From Thermoanaerobaculia bacterium (lineage in GTDB: Bacteria; Acidobacteriota; Thermoanaerobaculia; UBA5066): DNA of 64,000 bases. Position numbers and translations under genes: made by a program. The stretch lies in NCBI GenBank assembly GCA_963719225.1, contig CAVRAY010000001.1:928001-992000 (forward strand). The letters run 5' to 3'. This document shows positions 27,170 through 37,355 of this stretch, piece by piece (position 1 is the stretch's first letter; each line of letters begins with the position of its first letter). The notes below the pieces were generated by a model, which had not been told where the DNA came from, made no database searches, and was given only the letters and a program-made list of their open reading frames with translations.

Positions 27170-27967
27170 CTATTCCTCTGGCGGAATGTAGAAGTCCGTC
27201 AGCCGCCGCATGACGTGGCGGGGGTCCTCCATATGGAGGAAGCGGGAGGCGCCGGCGAAGGTGGCTCCCTCCGCCCCGCGGATCCCCTGAACGATCGCGG
27301 CCGCGCAGCGCAGCCTTTCGGGATCCTCGCGGTCGCCCACGAGGACGATCGTGCGCGCGCGGATCTCGCCGAGCCGCTCGGCCTGCGTCGGCCCGGAGTG
27401 CGGCGGACGGGCGAGCGATCCCCCCGCGACGCGCGCGCGTCCGTAGATGGTCTGGAGGCGCTCGAAGGGCCCTTCCAGCTCGCGCGCGACGTCGAAGGCC
27501 GGCGAGGCGAGCCATTTTTCGTCCATCGCGGCGCGCGGCGAGCGCGCGAAAGCCGAGAGCAGGTCGCGCCGCGCCGCGAGCGTCTCCTCTCTCCACGGGA
27601 ACCCCTCGAGCGTGGGCGCGAGGAGCGCGAGGGAGAGCGTCCGAGCCGGAAAGTCGAGCGCGAACTGGAGCGCGACCTCGGCGGCGTCGTCGTGGGCGAG
27701 GAGATGCGCTTTCTCCGTCGAGAACCAGTCGAGGAAGGAAGCCATCTCGGCGGCTTCGTCGGCGAGCGAGATCGGCTCGGGCGCGTCGCCCGAGCGCCCG
27801 TGGCCCCTTCGATCGAAGCGCAGCGCGCGAAAGCCCGAGGAGACGGCGGTGGCCGGCGCCTCGAGAAGGTCCGCGTCCGCGAACGAGCCGTGGAGCAGCA
27901 CGACCGTCTCGCCCTCGCCGCCGACCTCGTAGTAGAAGCGGTGCCCCGAAAGGCTCGCGTACGGCAT
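27170..27967 (-). CDS. Alpha/beta hydrolase fold protein with non-canonical catalytic residues
   Basis: 'VVLLHG', 'FDRRGHGRS', elbow 'AHDDAA', 'VGDRED', C-terminal 'GASRFLHMEDP'. Confidence 0.8.
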   Translation of the reverse strand: MPYASLSGHRFYYEVGGEGETVVLLHGSFADADLLEAPATAVSSGFRALRFDRRGHGRSGDAPEPISLADEAAEMASFLDWFSTEKAHLLAHDDAAEVALQFALDFPARTLSLALLAPTLEGFPWREETLAARRDLLSAFARSPRAAMDEKWLASPAFDVARELEGPFERLQTIYGRARVAGGSLARPPHSGPTQAERLGEIRARTIVLVGDREDPERLRCAAAIVQGIRGAEGATFAGASRFLHMEDPRHVMRRLTDFYIPPEE

Positions 27968-27975
27968 CGGCGGGC

Positions 27976-29607
27976 TCAGGCCGGCGCGGCCGCTTCGATG
28001 CGGCCGGCGACTCGGCGTCCGCGACGACGCCTCCGGCGCTTCGGGGGCGCCGTCGAAGACGGAAGTGGAGGCTCCGGGGGCTCCGCGCCGAACCCTCCCG
28101 GCGGCAGGTCGAGCCGAAATGCCTCACGCGTCCAGAAGTCCACAGCGAGGAGGGAGATGGGAGATTCGGAAGAAGATTCTTCGAATGGAGAGACGGAAGA
28201 AGAGATGGAGGAACGGAAGGAAACGGGGATTTCTTTGAAGGTGGGTGGGGCTACCGCGGCAGGCTCGTGCGCCGAGATGGGCGTCAGCTGGGACTCCGGT
28301 CTCAGCGCGCGCGGTGTCGCCTCCTGCGAAGCCGCCACCGGAGCTTCCGGAGCCTCCCTCTTCACCTTCGAAGAAATCTTCGGCGCCGGAGGCGCCGTCT
28401 TCTCTTCCCGTGACGCCGCAGGCGCCGCGAAGAGCGCGTTGTCCGCGAACTCCACGGGGATCTTCATTCCGATGAGGCGCTGGATCGCGTCGAGCGAGAA
28501 CACGTAGTCTTCGTCGGCGAGGGAGATCGCCTTGCCCGACTGGCCGGCGCGGGCCGTCCGTCCGATCCGGTGAACGTAGTCCTCGGGGTCCTGGGGAAGG
28601 TCCACGTTGATGACGTGTGTAACGCCGTCGATGTGGAGCCCCCGCGACGCGACGTCCGTGGCGACGAGCAGCGGCAGCACACCGCTCTTGAAGTCCTGGA
28701 GGATCTTCAGGCGCCGTGGCTGCGGAATGTCTCCCGTGAGCGCGCCGATGCGGAATCCGTGCCTCTCGAGGTTCGTGACGAGGCGCTCGGCGAAGCGCTT
28801 CGTGTTCACGAAGAGCATCGTGCGCTCGACGCCCTCGCGTCTCAGAAGGCCCAGCAGCAGCGGAATCTTCTCGCGCTGCGAGACGTGGTAGAGCACCTGG
28901 GTGACGCGGTCGGCGGTGATCTGCTCGGGCCGGATCTCGATCTTCTTCGCGTCGTGCATGTGCTCGTACGCGAGCTCCATCACGCGGAGAGAAAGCGTCG
29001 CGGAGAAGAGCATGGAGTGCCGCCGGCCGGGCGGCGGGCAGCGCCGGAGAATGCGCCTGAGGTCCTTGATGAAGCCGAGGTCGAACAGGCGGTCGGCCTC
29101 GTCGATGACGAGCGACTCGACCTCGCCGAAGGACGTCGCGCCCTGTTGTTCGTAGTCGAGGAGGCGACCGGGCGTTCCGATGAGGAGATCGCAGCCGGCC
29201 CGAAGCTGGTCGCGCTGGCGGCCGTAATCGATGCCGCCGAAGACGGTCACGATGCGCATCTTCACGAAATGCCCGAGGGCGCGCGCGTCTTCCTGGATCT
29301 GCACGGCCAGCTCGCGTGTCGGCGCGACGATGAGCGCCCGCGGGTTCGGGGAGCCCTTGTGGCGCTTCGCCCGGATGAAACGGGTGAAAATCGCCACGAG
29401 GTACGCGGCCGTTTTTCCCGTGCCCGTCTGTGCCTGGGCGGCGACGTCCTGACCCGCGAGGAGAAGGGGAAGCGTCGCGGCTTGAATGGGAGTCGCCCGT
29501 ACGAATCCGCATCCCGCGATCCCCGCGCTCACGGCGTGCGGGAGCTTCAGGTCGGCGAAGTAGACGTCGGAAAGGTGATCGGAAAATTTCCCCGCAGGAG
29601 CGGTCAT
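27976..29607 (-). CDS. rhlB: DEAD-box RNA helicase, RhlB-like
   Basis: 'AQTGTGKT', 'PTRELA', 'DEADRLFDLGFIKDLRRILRR' (RhlB-like), 'FSAT', 'HRIGRTAR'; low-complexity C-terminal tail. Confidence 0.8.
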   Translation of the reverse strand: MTAPAGKFSDHLSDVYFADLKLPHAVSAGIAGCGFVRATPIQAATLPLLLAGQDVAAQAQTGTGKTAAYLVAIFTRFIRAKRHKGSPNPRALIVAPTRELAVQIQEDARALGHFVKMRIVTVFGGIDYGRQRDQLRAGCDLLIGTPGRLLDYEQQGATSFGEVESLVIDEADRLFDLGFIKDLRRILRRCPPPGRRHSMLFSATLSLRVMELAYEHMHDAKKIEIRPEQITADRVTQVLYHVSQREKIPLLLGLLRREGVERTMLFVNTKRFAERLVTNLERHGFRIGALTGDIPQPRRLKILQDFKSGVLPLLVATDVASRGLHIDGVTHVINVDLPQDPEDYVHRIGRTARAGQSGKAISLADEDYVFSLDAIQRLIGMKIPVEFADNALFAAPAASREEKTAPPAPKISSKVKREAPEAPVAASQEATPRALRPESQLTPISAHEPAAVAPPTFKEIPVSFRSSISSSVSPFEESSSESPISLLAVDFWTREAFRLDLPPGGFGAEPPEPPLPSSTAPPKRRRRRRGRRVAGRIEAAAPA

Positions 29608-29680
29608 CCGAGTTCATTGTAGCGTCCCGAACCGTTCCCGTCGCCTCCGATATACTGGACCGACGCGCGCCTCTCCTTCC

Positions 29681-31615
29681 ATGACGCCGCTCGCCGATCG
29701 CCGCCCGGTCCTCTTCGCACTCGGCATCGCGGCCATCGTCATCGCATTCACGACCGACGAGCGCGTCTTCGGCCTGGTCACCGACGGGCAGATCATGACG
29801 CGCACGGCGTATGCGATGTCCGCGCTCGGGGAGATCGGAATCGCGCGCGGTCACCCGGTCGACATCGCGCGCTCCGCCGGAGACGCCGTCACGCGGTACG
29901 GCATGGGCCCGTCCCTCGTTCGCGTTCCGATCACGGCGCTCGCGGGTCCGTTCGAGAACGCTTTCGGTGTCGGCTCTTCGCAGACGTTGTTCGTCCTCGG
30001 GCAGATGCTCCTCATCCTCCTCGCCGCCGGTGCGGCGGGCCTGCTCGCCGGCTCTCTCGAGGCGGGGGCCGCGGGAACGCGCCGCGCGTGTCTCGCCGCC
30101 GCGATCGCATCGCCTCTCTGGGCGTACGCGGGATCCGACTGGTCGGAACCGCTCCAGGCCGCGTGCGTCGGCGGCGCATTCGCGTTCGCCGTCGTCGCCG
30201 TCGGTGAGGGCTCCTCCCCACGACGGGCGTCCACCTTCGCGGCGCTCGCGGGGGCGAGCGCCGGCTTCGGGCTTCTCTCCAAGTCGATCCTCATCGTGCT
30301 CTTCCCGTGCGTCCTCGCCGTGCTCTGGTTCTCTTCGGAGCGCTCCCGACGCGTGCGCCGTCTGCTCGCGGCGTGCGCCGGCTGGCTGATTCCGGCGGCG
30401 CTGTGGCTCGTTTTCGAGATCGTTCGGTTCGGGCGCCCGTTCGCATCGTATTCAGGCGAGCGTTTCAGCCATCCTGTGCTCGACGGACTCTGGCGTCTCA
30501 CCGTGGGGCCGAACAAGGGTCTCTTCCTGTATTTCCCGCTCGCTCTCCTGGCGGTGCCCGGTGTCGTGAGTCTCGTGAAGACGCGGCGCGCTCTCGCCCT
30601 CACGCTCGCGGGGTTCTCGCTCTTCGTACTCGTCACGACCGCGGCCTGGTGGTCGTGGGACGGGACTTCGGGCTGGGGCCCGCGGCTTCTCGTGCCTCTC
30701 GTGCCGCTCCTCGCGGCCCTCGCGATCCTCGGCTCCCGCGCGGTGCCTCCTCTCGTCTTCCGGGTGCTCTTCGGGATCGGCGTTCTCGTCAATGCCGTGG
30801 GCGCTCTCCAGCCGGACGGGGCGCTCGCGTGGTATTACGCGACGCTCAAGCCGCGTCCTCTTTCCGTCGCCGAGCGCCCGGCATTCCCGGCGTTCGCCAC
30901 CGAGGTCGACCCGGCGACTTCGGGTGTCGTTCTTCTCCCGATCCACGACGCCGCGATGCACGCCGGCCTGTCTCCTCTCAAGGTGAACGCCTGGCTCCTC
31001 GTGACGCGCTTCGGCGGAGGCGACGTGGGTGCCTCGCTCGCGAAGCCTCCGTGGCGGACCGACGTCAGAGGTCAGGAAGTCGCCGCGCCCCCCGAGCGCG
31101 TCATCCCGGCGAGCGCGCTCGTCTTTCTGACGTCTCCCTTCCGCTGGCCGCATCTCGGCATGTCGCTCATGCGCCGGGGCGACCAGACCGACACCGTCCT
31201 CGCGTTCGTCGACTGCCTTTACGACCAGGAGCTCCGCGCCCAGGACATGCGCCGCGCCGATCGCGCGATCGAGTTCGCGGAGGAGCTCTACCGGCGGGTG
31301 CCCTCGCCGCAGACGATCACGGCGCTCGCGGAGGCCTATCGGCTCGCGGGCAAGCGCGAGACGCTCTACGATTTCGTGCGCTCGCTGCCCGCGGCCCAGA
31401 GGGGAGCGCCCGACTTCGGCATGGTGCTCGCCCTCACGGCGCGCGATTCCGGAAACGAGCGGCTCGCGCGCGAGATCCTCGGACAGCTCGTCAAGGCGGG
31501 CGGCCGCCCGGAATACGCGCGCCTCGAGTCCCTGCCGCTTTCCGAATGGCCCGCGACGCTGCGCACGGCGCAACGTTCGCCCACGCGCGAAGCGGGGGAA
31601 GAGTCCCGGCGATAG
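29681..31615 (+). CDS. Polytopic membrane protein, probable GT-C (lipid-carrier-dependent) glycosyltransferase with helical C-terminus
   Basis: About 10 hydrophobic segments; 'YGMGPSL', 'WSEP', 'GLFLYFP', 'WWSWDGTSGWGPRLLVP'. Confidence 0.55.
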   Translation: MTPLADRRPVLFALGIAAIVIAFTTDERVFGLVTDGQIMTRTAYAMSALGEIGIARGHPVDIARSAGDAVTRYGMGPSLVRVPITALAGPFENAFGVGSSQTLFVLGQMLLILLAAGAAGLLAGSLEAGAAGTRRACLAAAIASPLWAYAGSDWSEPLQAACVGGAFAFAVVAVGEGSSPRRASTFAALAGASAGFGLLSKSILIVLFPCVLAVLWFSSERSRRVRRLLAACAGWLIPAALWLVFEIVRFGRPFASYSGERFSHPVLDGLWRLTVGPNKGLFLYFPLALLAVPGVVSLVKTRRALALTLAGFSLFVLVTTAAWWSWDGTSGWGPRLLVPLVPLLAALAILGSRAVPPLVFRVLFGIGVLVNAVGALQPDGALAWYYATLKPRPLSVAERPAFPAFATEVDPATSGVVLLPIHDAAMHAGLSPLKVNAWLLVTRFGGGDVGASLAKPPWRTDVRGQEVAAPPERVIPASALVFLTSPFRWPHLGMSLMRRGDQTDTVLAFVDCLYDQELRAQDMRRADRAIEFAEELYRRVPSPQTITALAEAYRLAGKRETLYDFVRSLPAAQRGAPDFGMVLALTARDSGNERLAREILGQLVKAGGRPEYARLESLPLSEWPATLRTAQRSPTREAGEESRR

Positions 31616-31624
31616 GATGCGCCC

Positions 31625-33190
31625 ATGAGCGTCACGGTCGAGGTCCCGACCTTCGAGAACCCGGTCACGGCGACGCTTCGGGTGACGTGTCCCGCGACCG
31701 GCGAGCTTCTCGGCGAGGTCCCCGACCTCGATGCCGGAGGAGTCGCCGCGGCCGTCGCGCGATCCCGCGCCGCGGCGCCGTCCTGGGCCGGGGCGTCGCT
31801 CGAGGCGCGGATCGAGGCTCTGTTGAAGTGGCGCGATCTCATCCTCGACACGCCGCTCGTCCCCGAGACTCTCGTCAAGGAGAGCGGCAAGCCGCGACAC
31901 GAAGCCGAGGGCATCGAGGTTCTCTACCTCTGCGAGCTGATTCGGGCGATGACGAGACTTTCGCGCCGCGCGCTTGCCGAAGAGATCCGGAATCCGCTCC
32001 TCTTCCTCACGAAAAAGACGCGCCTCGTCAGGCACCCGCTCGGAGTCGTGGGCGTCATCGGTCCCTGGAATTTTCCGATCCTGAACAACGCGGCCGATGC
32101 CGTCGCGCCGCTCCTCGCCGGCAACACGGTCGTGCTGAAGCCTTCCGAGGTCACGCCCCTGACGTCGTGCGTGCTGCGCGACCTGTGGGCGAGGGCCGGG
32201 AATCCGCCGGACGTCTTTCAGGTCGTCACCGGGAGGGGTGCCGCCGGGGCCGCGCTGGTGGACCTCGTGGACGCGGTCATGTTCACCGGCTCGGTCGCGA
32301 CGGGCCGGCGGATCGCCTCGCGCTGCGGCGAGCGGCTGATCCCGTGCGTGACCGAGCTGGGAGGCAAGTCGCCGTTCGTCGTCCTTCCGGGCGCGGATCT
32401 CGAGCGGGCCGCAGAGGCCGCCGCGTGGTCGAGCTTCGTCCATTCGGGGCAGGTGTGCATCCGAACCGAGCGCATCTATGCGCACGCGTCCGTCGCGGAC
32501 CGCTTCGAGCAGCTCCTCGTCTCGCGCGTCGCGGCGCTGCGCCAGGCGGTGCCCGATCCGTCGGGAGGCGCGCACGATCTCGGCGCCGTCACGTTCGCGC
32601 GCCAGATCGCGGTCGTCGAGCGTCAGATCGCCGACGCGAAGGCGAAGGGGGCGCGCGTCCTGGTCGGCGGCGCGCGCCGCGGGAGCGGCCCCGGACTCTT
32701 CTTCGAGCCCACGGTCCTGTCAGGCGCGACGCACGACATGGAGGTCATGCGCGAGGAGACGTTCGGCCCGCTCGTCCCCGTCATGCGCTTCTGGGAGGAC
32801 GAGGAGGCGTTGCGCCTCGCGAACGACACGCATCTCGGGCTCAACGCGACGGTCTTCGGGCCCCCGCAAAAGGCCGAGGCCTTCGCGCGCCGGCTCAGGT
32901 CCGGCCAGGCGATCGTGAACGACGTCCTCGTGAACTACTTCGTCGTGGAGTCGCCGCTCGGCGGGTGGCGCTCGAGCGGCCTCGGCGTGCGGCACGGCGT
33001 CGAAGGCATGAGGCAGTGGACGCGGACCGAGGCCATCACGACGCGACGGCCGCTTCTCGCGGTGGTCGATCGCTTCCTCGCGAGGAAGCTCGCGTTCCCG
33101 TACGACCCTCGAGTCCTCTCGGTCCTCAGAGGCGCCATGCGCCTCCTCTACCGGCGAGGACTTGCCGCGAAGCTGCGACGAGTGTCCTGA
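31625..33190 (+). CDS. NAD(P)-dependent aldehyde dehydrogenase
   Basis: 'GPWNFP', 'KPSE', 'FTGS', 'ELGGKSP', catalytic 'SGQVC', 'EETFGP'. Confidence 0.93.
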   Translation: MSVTVEVPTFENPVTATLRVTCPATGELLGEVPDLDAGGVAAAVARSRAAAPSWAGASLEARIEALLKWRDLILDTPLVPETLVKESGKPRHEAEGIEVLYLCELIRAMTRLSRRALAEEIRNPLLFLTKKTRLVRHPLGVVGVIGPWNFPILNNAADAVAPLLAGNTVVLKPSEVTPLTSCVLRDLWARAGNPPDVFQVVTGRGAAGAALVDLVDAVMFTGSVATGRRIASRCGERLIPCVTELGGKSPFVVLPGADLERAAEAAAWSSFVHSGQVCIRTERIYAHASVADRFEQLLVSRVAALRQAVPDPSGGAHDLGAVTFARQIAVVERQIADAKAKGARVLVGGARRGSGPGLFFEPTVLSGATHDMEVMREETFGPLVPVMRFWEDEEALRLANDTHLGLNATVFGPPQKAEAFARRLRSGQAIVNDVLVNYFVVESPLGGWRSSGLGVRHGVEGMRQWTRTEAITTRRPLLAVVDRFLARKLAFPYDPRVLSVLRGAMRLLYRRGLAAKLRRVS

Positions 33191-33215
33191 CGCGGCTCCC
33201 CGTACAATCGACCGG

Positions 33216-34343
33216 ATGAAGGCTTTTATCGCCGCGTTCGCGGCCTCGCTCCTCGTTTCTCTCGGGACGTCCGCGCAAACGGGCAAGCCTGCCTCGAAAC
33301 CCTCGCCCGCGACGACCGCCGGGCTCCAGGTCTCGACGGGCAGCGCCTCTCCGAAGGGGACTACCGGCGCGAAAGTGGAGGACATGCGCGTTCTCGAAAG
33401 CGCGTCCGCCGACCCCTTCGAGCTCGAGCGTCTCGGCCTCGCCGCCGTGAACGCGAACCAGCTCGACCGCGCGCGCGTGTTCTTCGAGCGCGCGTGGAAG
33501 GTCGGCGAGCTGCCCACCGCCGTGTACAACCTCGCCTGCCTCGACGCGCGGGCCGGGCGCGCCGATCAGGCCTTCGCGCGTCTCGAGAAGGCGGTCGCCG
33601 CGGGATTCGACGACGGCGCCGCGCTCGAGAAGGATCCCGATCTCGCGCCCCTTCGGGGCAAGCCGAAGTTCTCGTCGATCGTCTCGGGAGCGGCGAAGAA
33701 TCGAGCCGCTGGCGACGCGGCGACGGTGAAGGAAGGCGTCTTTCTGAAGCCCAAGGACGGCGCCCTCGCGATCCTCCTTCTCCTCCACGACAAGGAGTCC
33801 GATCCCTTCACCGTGAGCGGGCCCTTCACGGACCTCGCGCTCTCGCACCATCTCTTCGTCGCGGCTCCACGCGGTCCCGGCCGCTCGGCCAAGAAGCGGT
33901 TCGGCTGGGGCTCCCAGGACCGTGCCGCGAAGGCGATCGACGCGGCCGTTTCGGCCGCGCGAAAGAAGGCCGGCGACCCGAAGCTCCCCGTGCTCCTCGT
34001 GGGCGTGGGTCGGGGCGGAACCGAAGCCTTCACGGCCGCGGCCCGGGGCGCGCCGCGCGCGTTCGCGGGCGTCGGGTCGATCGGAGGCCCCTTCGACCCG
34101 GGCGCCGTCCCGAATCCCACCGGGCTTCGGGGGACGCGTCTCTTCCTCGGTTTCTCACGCGACGCGACGCCGGCCGAGCTCGCGGCGATCCGGCGCGGCA
34201 TCGAGGTCCTCCGCCAGCAGGGGTTCCAACCGGTGGTCGCCGAGTGGCCGGGAGCGGGCTCAGGCTTCCCCAGGGACGTGCCCCGCGCCGTGAAGGAGAC
34301 GCTCGACGCGTTCGCGGGCCAGGCTCCCGCGGCATCGCGCTGA
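33216..34343 (+). CDS. Secreted TPR plus esterase-like (alpha/beta) domain protein
   Basis: Signal peptide; TPR 'YNLACLDARAG..DQAF..LEKAVAAGF..DPDL..LR'; phospholipase/carboxylesterase-like C-domain 'LLLHD', 'APRGP', 'LVGVGRGG'. Confidence 0.6.
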   Translation: MKAFIAAFAASLLVSLGTSAQTGKPASKPSPATTAGLQVSTGSASPKGTTGAKVEDMRVLESASADPFELERLGLAAVNANQLDRARVFFERAWKVGELPTAVYNLACLDARAGRADQAFARLEKAVAAGFDDGAALEKDPDLAPLRGKPKFSSIVSGAAKNRAAGDAATVKEGVFLKPKDGALAILLLLHDKESDPFTVSGPFTDLALSHHLFVAAPRGPGRSAKKRFGWGSQDRAAKAIDAAVSAARKKAGDPKLPVLLVGVGRGGTEAFTAAARGAPRAFAGVGSIGGPFDPGAVPNPTGLRGTRLFLGFSRDATPAELAAIRRGIEVLRQQGFQPVVAEWPGAGSGFPRDVPRAVKETLDAFAGQAPAASR

Positions 34344-34349
34344 CCCCGC

Positions 34350-35483
34350 ATGGCCGTCGACTTCTACCGCCACTCGCTAGGGGAAGAGGAGAAGGCCGCC
34401 GTCCGCGACGTTCTCGACTCCCTCTTCCTGACGACAGGGCAGAGGGTCTACGCCTTCGAGAAGGCGTTCGAGGAGTATCTCGGCGTACCGGCCGTCGTGT
34501 GCACGGCCCACGCCACGGCCGCCCTGCACATGTCCATGCTCGCGGCGGGCGTCGGCCCGGGGGACGAGGTCGTCACGACGCCGATGACGTTTCTGTCTTC
34601 GGCGAACGCGATCGTGTACGCGGGTGGAACGCCCGTTTTCGTCGACGTCGATCCCGCGACCGCGAACATCGATCCCGCCGCCGTCGCGTCGGCGATCACG
34701 CCGCGCACCAAAGCGATCATCGCCGTCGATCTCTACGGTCTCATGGCGGACATGGTGGCGCTCCGGAGTCTCGCCGACCGCCACGACCTCGTGCTCGTCG
34801 AGGACGCCGCGCACTGCGTCGAGGGGCGCCGCGACGGCTTCGGGCCCGGGCGGCTCGCGGACTACGGCTGCTTCAGCTTCTATGCCACGAAGAACCTCAC
34901 GTGCGGCGAGGGCGGCGCGATCACGGCGCGCGATGGGACGAAGAAGAACCTGCTCCGGCAGCTCGGCTCGCACGGCATGTCGAAAAACGCGGCCGACCGT
35001 TACGCCGGCACGTACCAGCACTGGGACATGGAGCGCCTCGGGTACAAGTACAACCTCTCGGACGTGAACGCGGCGCTGCTCCTCCCGCAGCTCCCGAAGC
35101 TCGCGAAGAGGCTCGAGCGCCGCGAGGAGATCTGCCGCCGCTACGAGGCCGCTTTCCGCGAGACGCCGGGCGTCTCTTTCCCGATCGTGCCCGCGGGCAT
35201 GACGTCCGGGCGCCACCTCTTCACGATCTGGGTGGATCCCGAAAAGCGCGACGCCGTTCTCGCCGGCATCCAGGCGCGAGGGGTCGGCGTCGCGGTGAAC
35301 TACCGCGCCGTCCACCTCACGAAGTTCTATCAGGAGCGCTTCGGCTTCCGCCGAGGCATGTTCCCTCAGGCCGAGCGCATCGGCGACTCCACGATCACGA
35401 TCCCGCTCTGGCCCGCGATGACCGATGCGCAGGTCGACGAGGTCATCGCGGCCGTGAAGGCAGCGGTGGCGGACGCGGGTTAG
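34350..35483 (+). CDS. DegT/DnrJ/EryC1/StrS-family PLP sugar aminotransferase (ArnB-like)
   Basis: 'GPGDEV', 'EDAAH', 'FSFYATKNLTCGEGG', 'GYKYNLSD'. Confidence 0.92.
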   Translation: MAVDFYRHSLGEEEKAAVRDVLDSLFLTTGQRVYAFEKAFEEYLGVPAVVCTAHATAALHMSMLAAGVGPGDEVVTTPMTFLSSANAIVYAGGTPVFVDVDPATANIDPAAVASAITPRTKAIIAVDLYGLMADMVALRSLADRHDLVLVEDAAHCVEGRRDGFGPGRLADYGCFSFYATKNLTCGEGGAITARDGTKKNLLRQLGSHGMSKNAADRYAGTYQHWDMERLGYKYNLSDVNAALLLPQLPKLAKRLERREEICRRYEAAFRETPGVSFPIVPAGMTSGRHLFTIWVDPEKRDAVLAGIQARGVGVAVNYRAVHLTKFYQERFGFRRGMFPQAERIGDSTITIPLWPAMTDAQVDEVIAAVKAAVADAG

Positions 35484-35487
35484 CCCC

Positions 35488-37320
35488 TCACGCCGGGCCG
35501 GTCGAGTCCACGATCCTCAGAAGGTCCTTTTCGGGATCGAGCGCGATGCCGGCGACGAACTTCTTCGAAGGGTTCGGAATCGTGACGATGGTCGTCGGCG
35601 TGGCGCCGTCCAGGTTCACGGTCACGTCGGACGTCGTCCCGTCGACGTACGTGATCCGCACGGGGAGCGGGATGACGTAGAAGGGCTTGTCGCCCGGGCC
35701 TGCGACGGGATGGACGACCGTGTGGCCCTGCGCCTGCGTGACCGCCAGCGCCACCGACGAGGCGTCGAGCGCGGTGTGGAACGTGGCGCTGAGCACGGGC
35801 CGGAACGGCGTCTCGACCCACTGGTCGAAGAACTGCTTGAGGTCGAGGCCGCTGGCCTTTTCGAAGTCGGCGCGCAAGTCGGCGCGCGACGCCGTGCCCC
35901 ACGCGTGCGCGTCGCCGTACGCGCGAAGCGCCGGGAAGAACGTGGCGTCGCCCACGAGCCGGCGCAGCATGTGCAGGGCGCGCGCCCCCTTGTAGTAGAC
36001 GGCGCCCGTGTTCGCGAAGGGTCGCGCCGGGTCGGCCACGACGGTCGGCGCGAGCCGGCCGCCGTAGAGGTTGTCGTCGTAGGACGTCGACAGCGTGGCC
36101 CCGGGCGCGAAGCCGAGCGCCTTCTCGAGGTACAGGACTTCGCCGTACGTCGCGAACCCTTCGTTCAGCCAGATGTCGTCCCAGGTCCGCATCGTCACGC
36201 GGTCGCCCCACCAGTCGTGCGAGAGCTCGTGGACGAGGAGGGTCGTGATGTCCCGCGCGGTGTTCGCGAGGATGCTCGTGCCGATCGACGTCAGCGTCGG
36301 GTGCTCCATGCCGCCCGAGAAGGACGAGGCGACGATGCCGTACTTCGTGTCGAGAAACGGGTACTCGCCGAACATGGAGGCCAGCGTCGCCATATGGCTC
36401 TTGATCGCGGAGAGCCGGGAGACGTTCTCGGCGGCGTACTCCGGCAGGAGGTACGAGCGAATCGGCATCATCCGGCCGTCGAGCGCCGTGTACGTGTCCT
36501 CGACGGTCACGTAGTTCGCGACGTTGAGCGAGACGAGGTACGTCGAGATCGCTTGCGGCAGCTTCCAGGTGTACGTGTTCCGGCCACCGCCCGCGCTGGC
36601 GACGGAGACCACGCCCGCGGAAGCCGCGACGTACCCCGCCGGAACCGTCGCATGAACGGTCACGACGGCCTTGTCCTTCGGGTCGTCCACGCACGGCCAG
36701 AACGTGCGCGCGAGAAACGGCTCGGCGACGCTCGTCGCGGAATAGCCCGTGTCGTGCTGCCAGAAATCGAGGGCGGCCGCACCGGGAGGTTGTCCGCCGT
36801 AAGAGATCGAGATCGTCGTGCGCTCCTCGGAGCCCAGCGGCGGATCGAACGGAATCAAGAGCTTGCCCGAGGCGTGAACGGCCGGGACCGCATTGCCGTC
36901 GCGCGACGTCGCCGTCACGAAGTACGCGTCATCGAGGTCCAGGGCGAGGGAAGAGGTCCGGCGCGCGAAGCCGGCCACGCGGATCACGGTCTTCCCCGCG
37001 AGGAACCGCACGGCGGGGTCGATGTCGAACGAGACGTCGTAGGAGAGAACGTCGACGCCGCGTTCCACGCCCTCGACGGAAGGAGGCACGATGCCGGCCG
37101 CGGCGCGGGCGGCGGCTGCGGCCTGGAAGCGCGCCCGCTTGGCCGCGGCCTCGACGTGCTCGCGGAGCGGGCCGCGGTCGATGTCGAGGGAGGGAAAAGA
37201 AAGAGAGGATGCTGTGAAAGAAAGAAAGAAGAGGAGGAGGACGGCAAGAGCGCCCGCGCCAAGGCCGTGTGCCGCGTTCCGGCCACTGCGGGGCCGCCCC
37301 CCTCTTCCTCTTCTAAGCAT
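35488..37320 (-). CDS. Secreted M1-family zinc aminopeptidase
   Basis: 'GGMEH', 'HELSHDWWGDRVT..W..IWLNEGFATY', 'YYKGARALHMLR'; start uncertain. Confidence 0.9.
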   Translation of the reverse strand: MLRRGRGGRPRSGRNAAHGLGAGALAVLLLFFLSFTASSLSFPSLDIDRGPLREHVEAAAKRARFQAAAAARAAAGIVPPSVEGVERGVDVLSYDVSFDIDPAVRFLAGKTVIRVAGFARRTSSLALDLDDAYFVTATSRDGNAVPAVHASGKLLIPFDPPLGSEERTTISISYGGQPPGAAALDFWQHDTGYSATSVAEPFLARTFWPCVDDPKDKAVVTVHATVPAGYVAASAGVVSVASAGGGRNTYTWKLPQAISTYLVSLNVANYVTVEDTYTALDGRMMPIRSYLLPEYAAENVSRLSAIKSHMATLASMFGEYPFLDTKYGIVASSFSGGMEHPTLTSIGTSILANTARDITTLLVHELSHDWWGDRVTMRTWDDIWLNEGFATYGEVLYLEKALGFAPGATLSTSYDDNLYGGRLAPTVVADPARPFANTGAVYYKGARALHMLRRLVGDATFFPALRAYGDAHAWGTASRADLRADFEKASGLDLKQFFDQWVETPFRPVLSATFHTALDASSVALAVTQAQGHTVVHPVAGPGDKPFYVIPLPVRITYVDGTTSDVTVNLDGATPTTIVTIPNPSKKFVAGIALDPEKDLLRIVDSTGPA

Positions 37321-37355
37321 CTTCGGTTCTTTCCCCGGTGCCCGTCCTCGTAATC

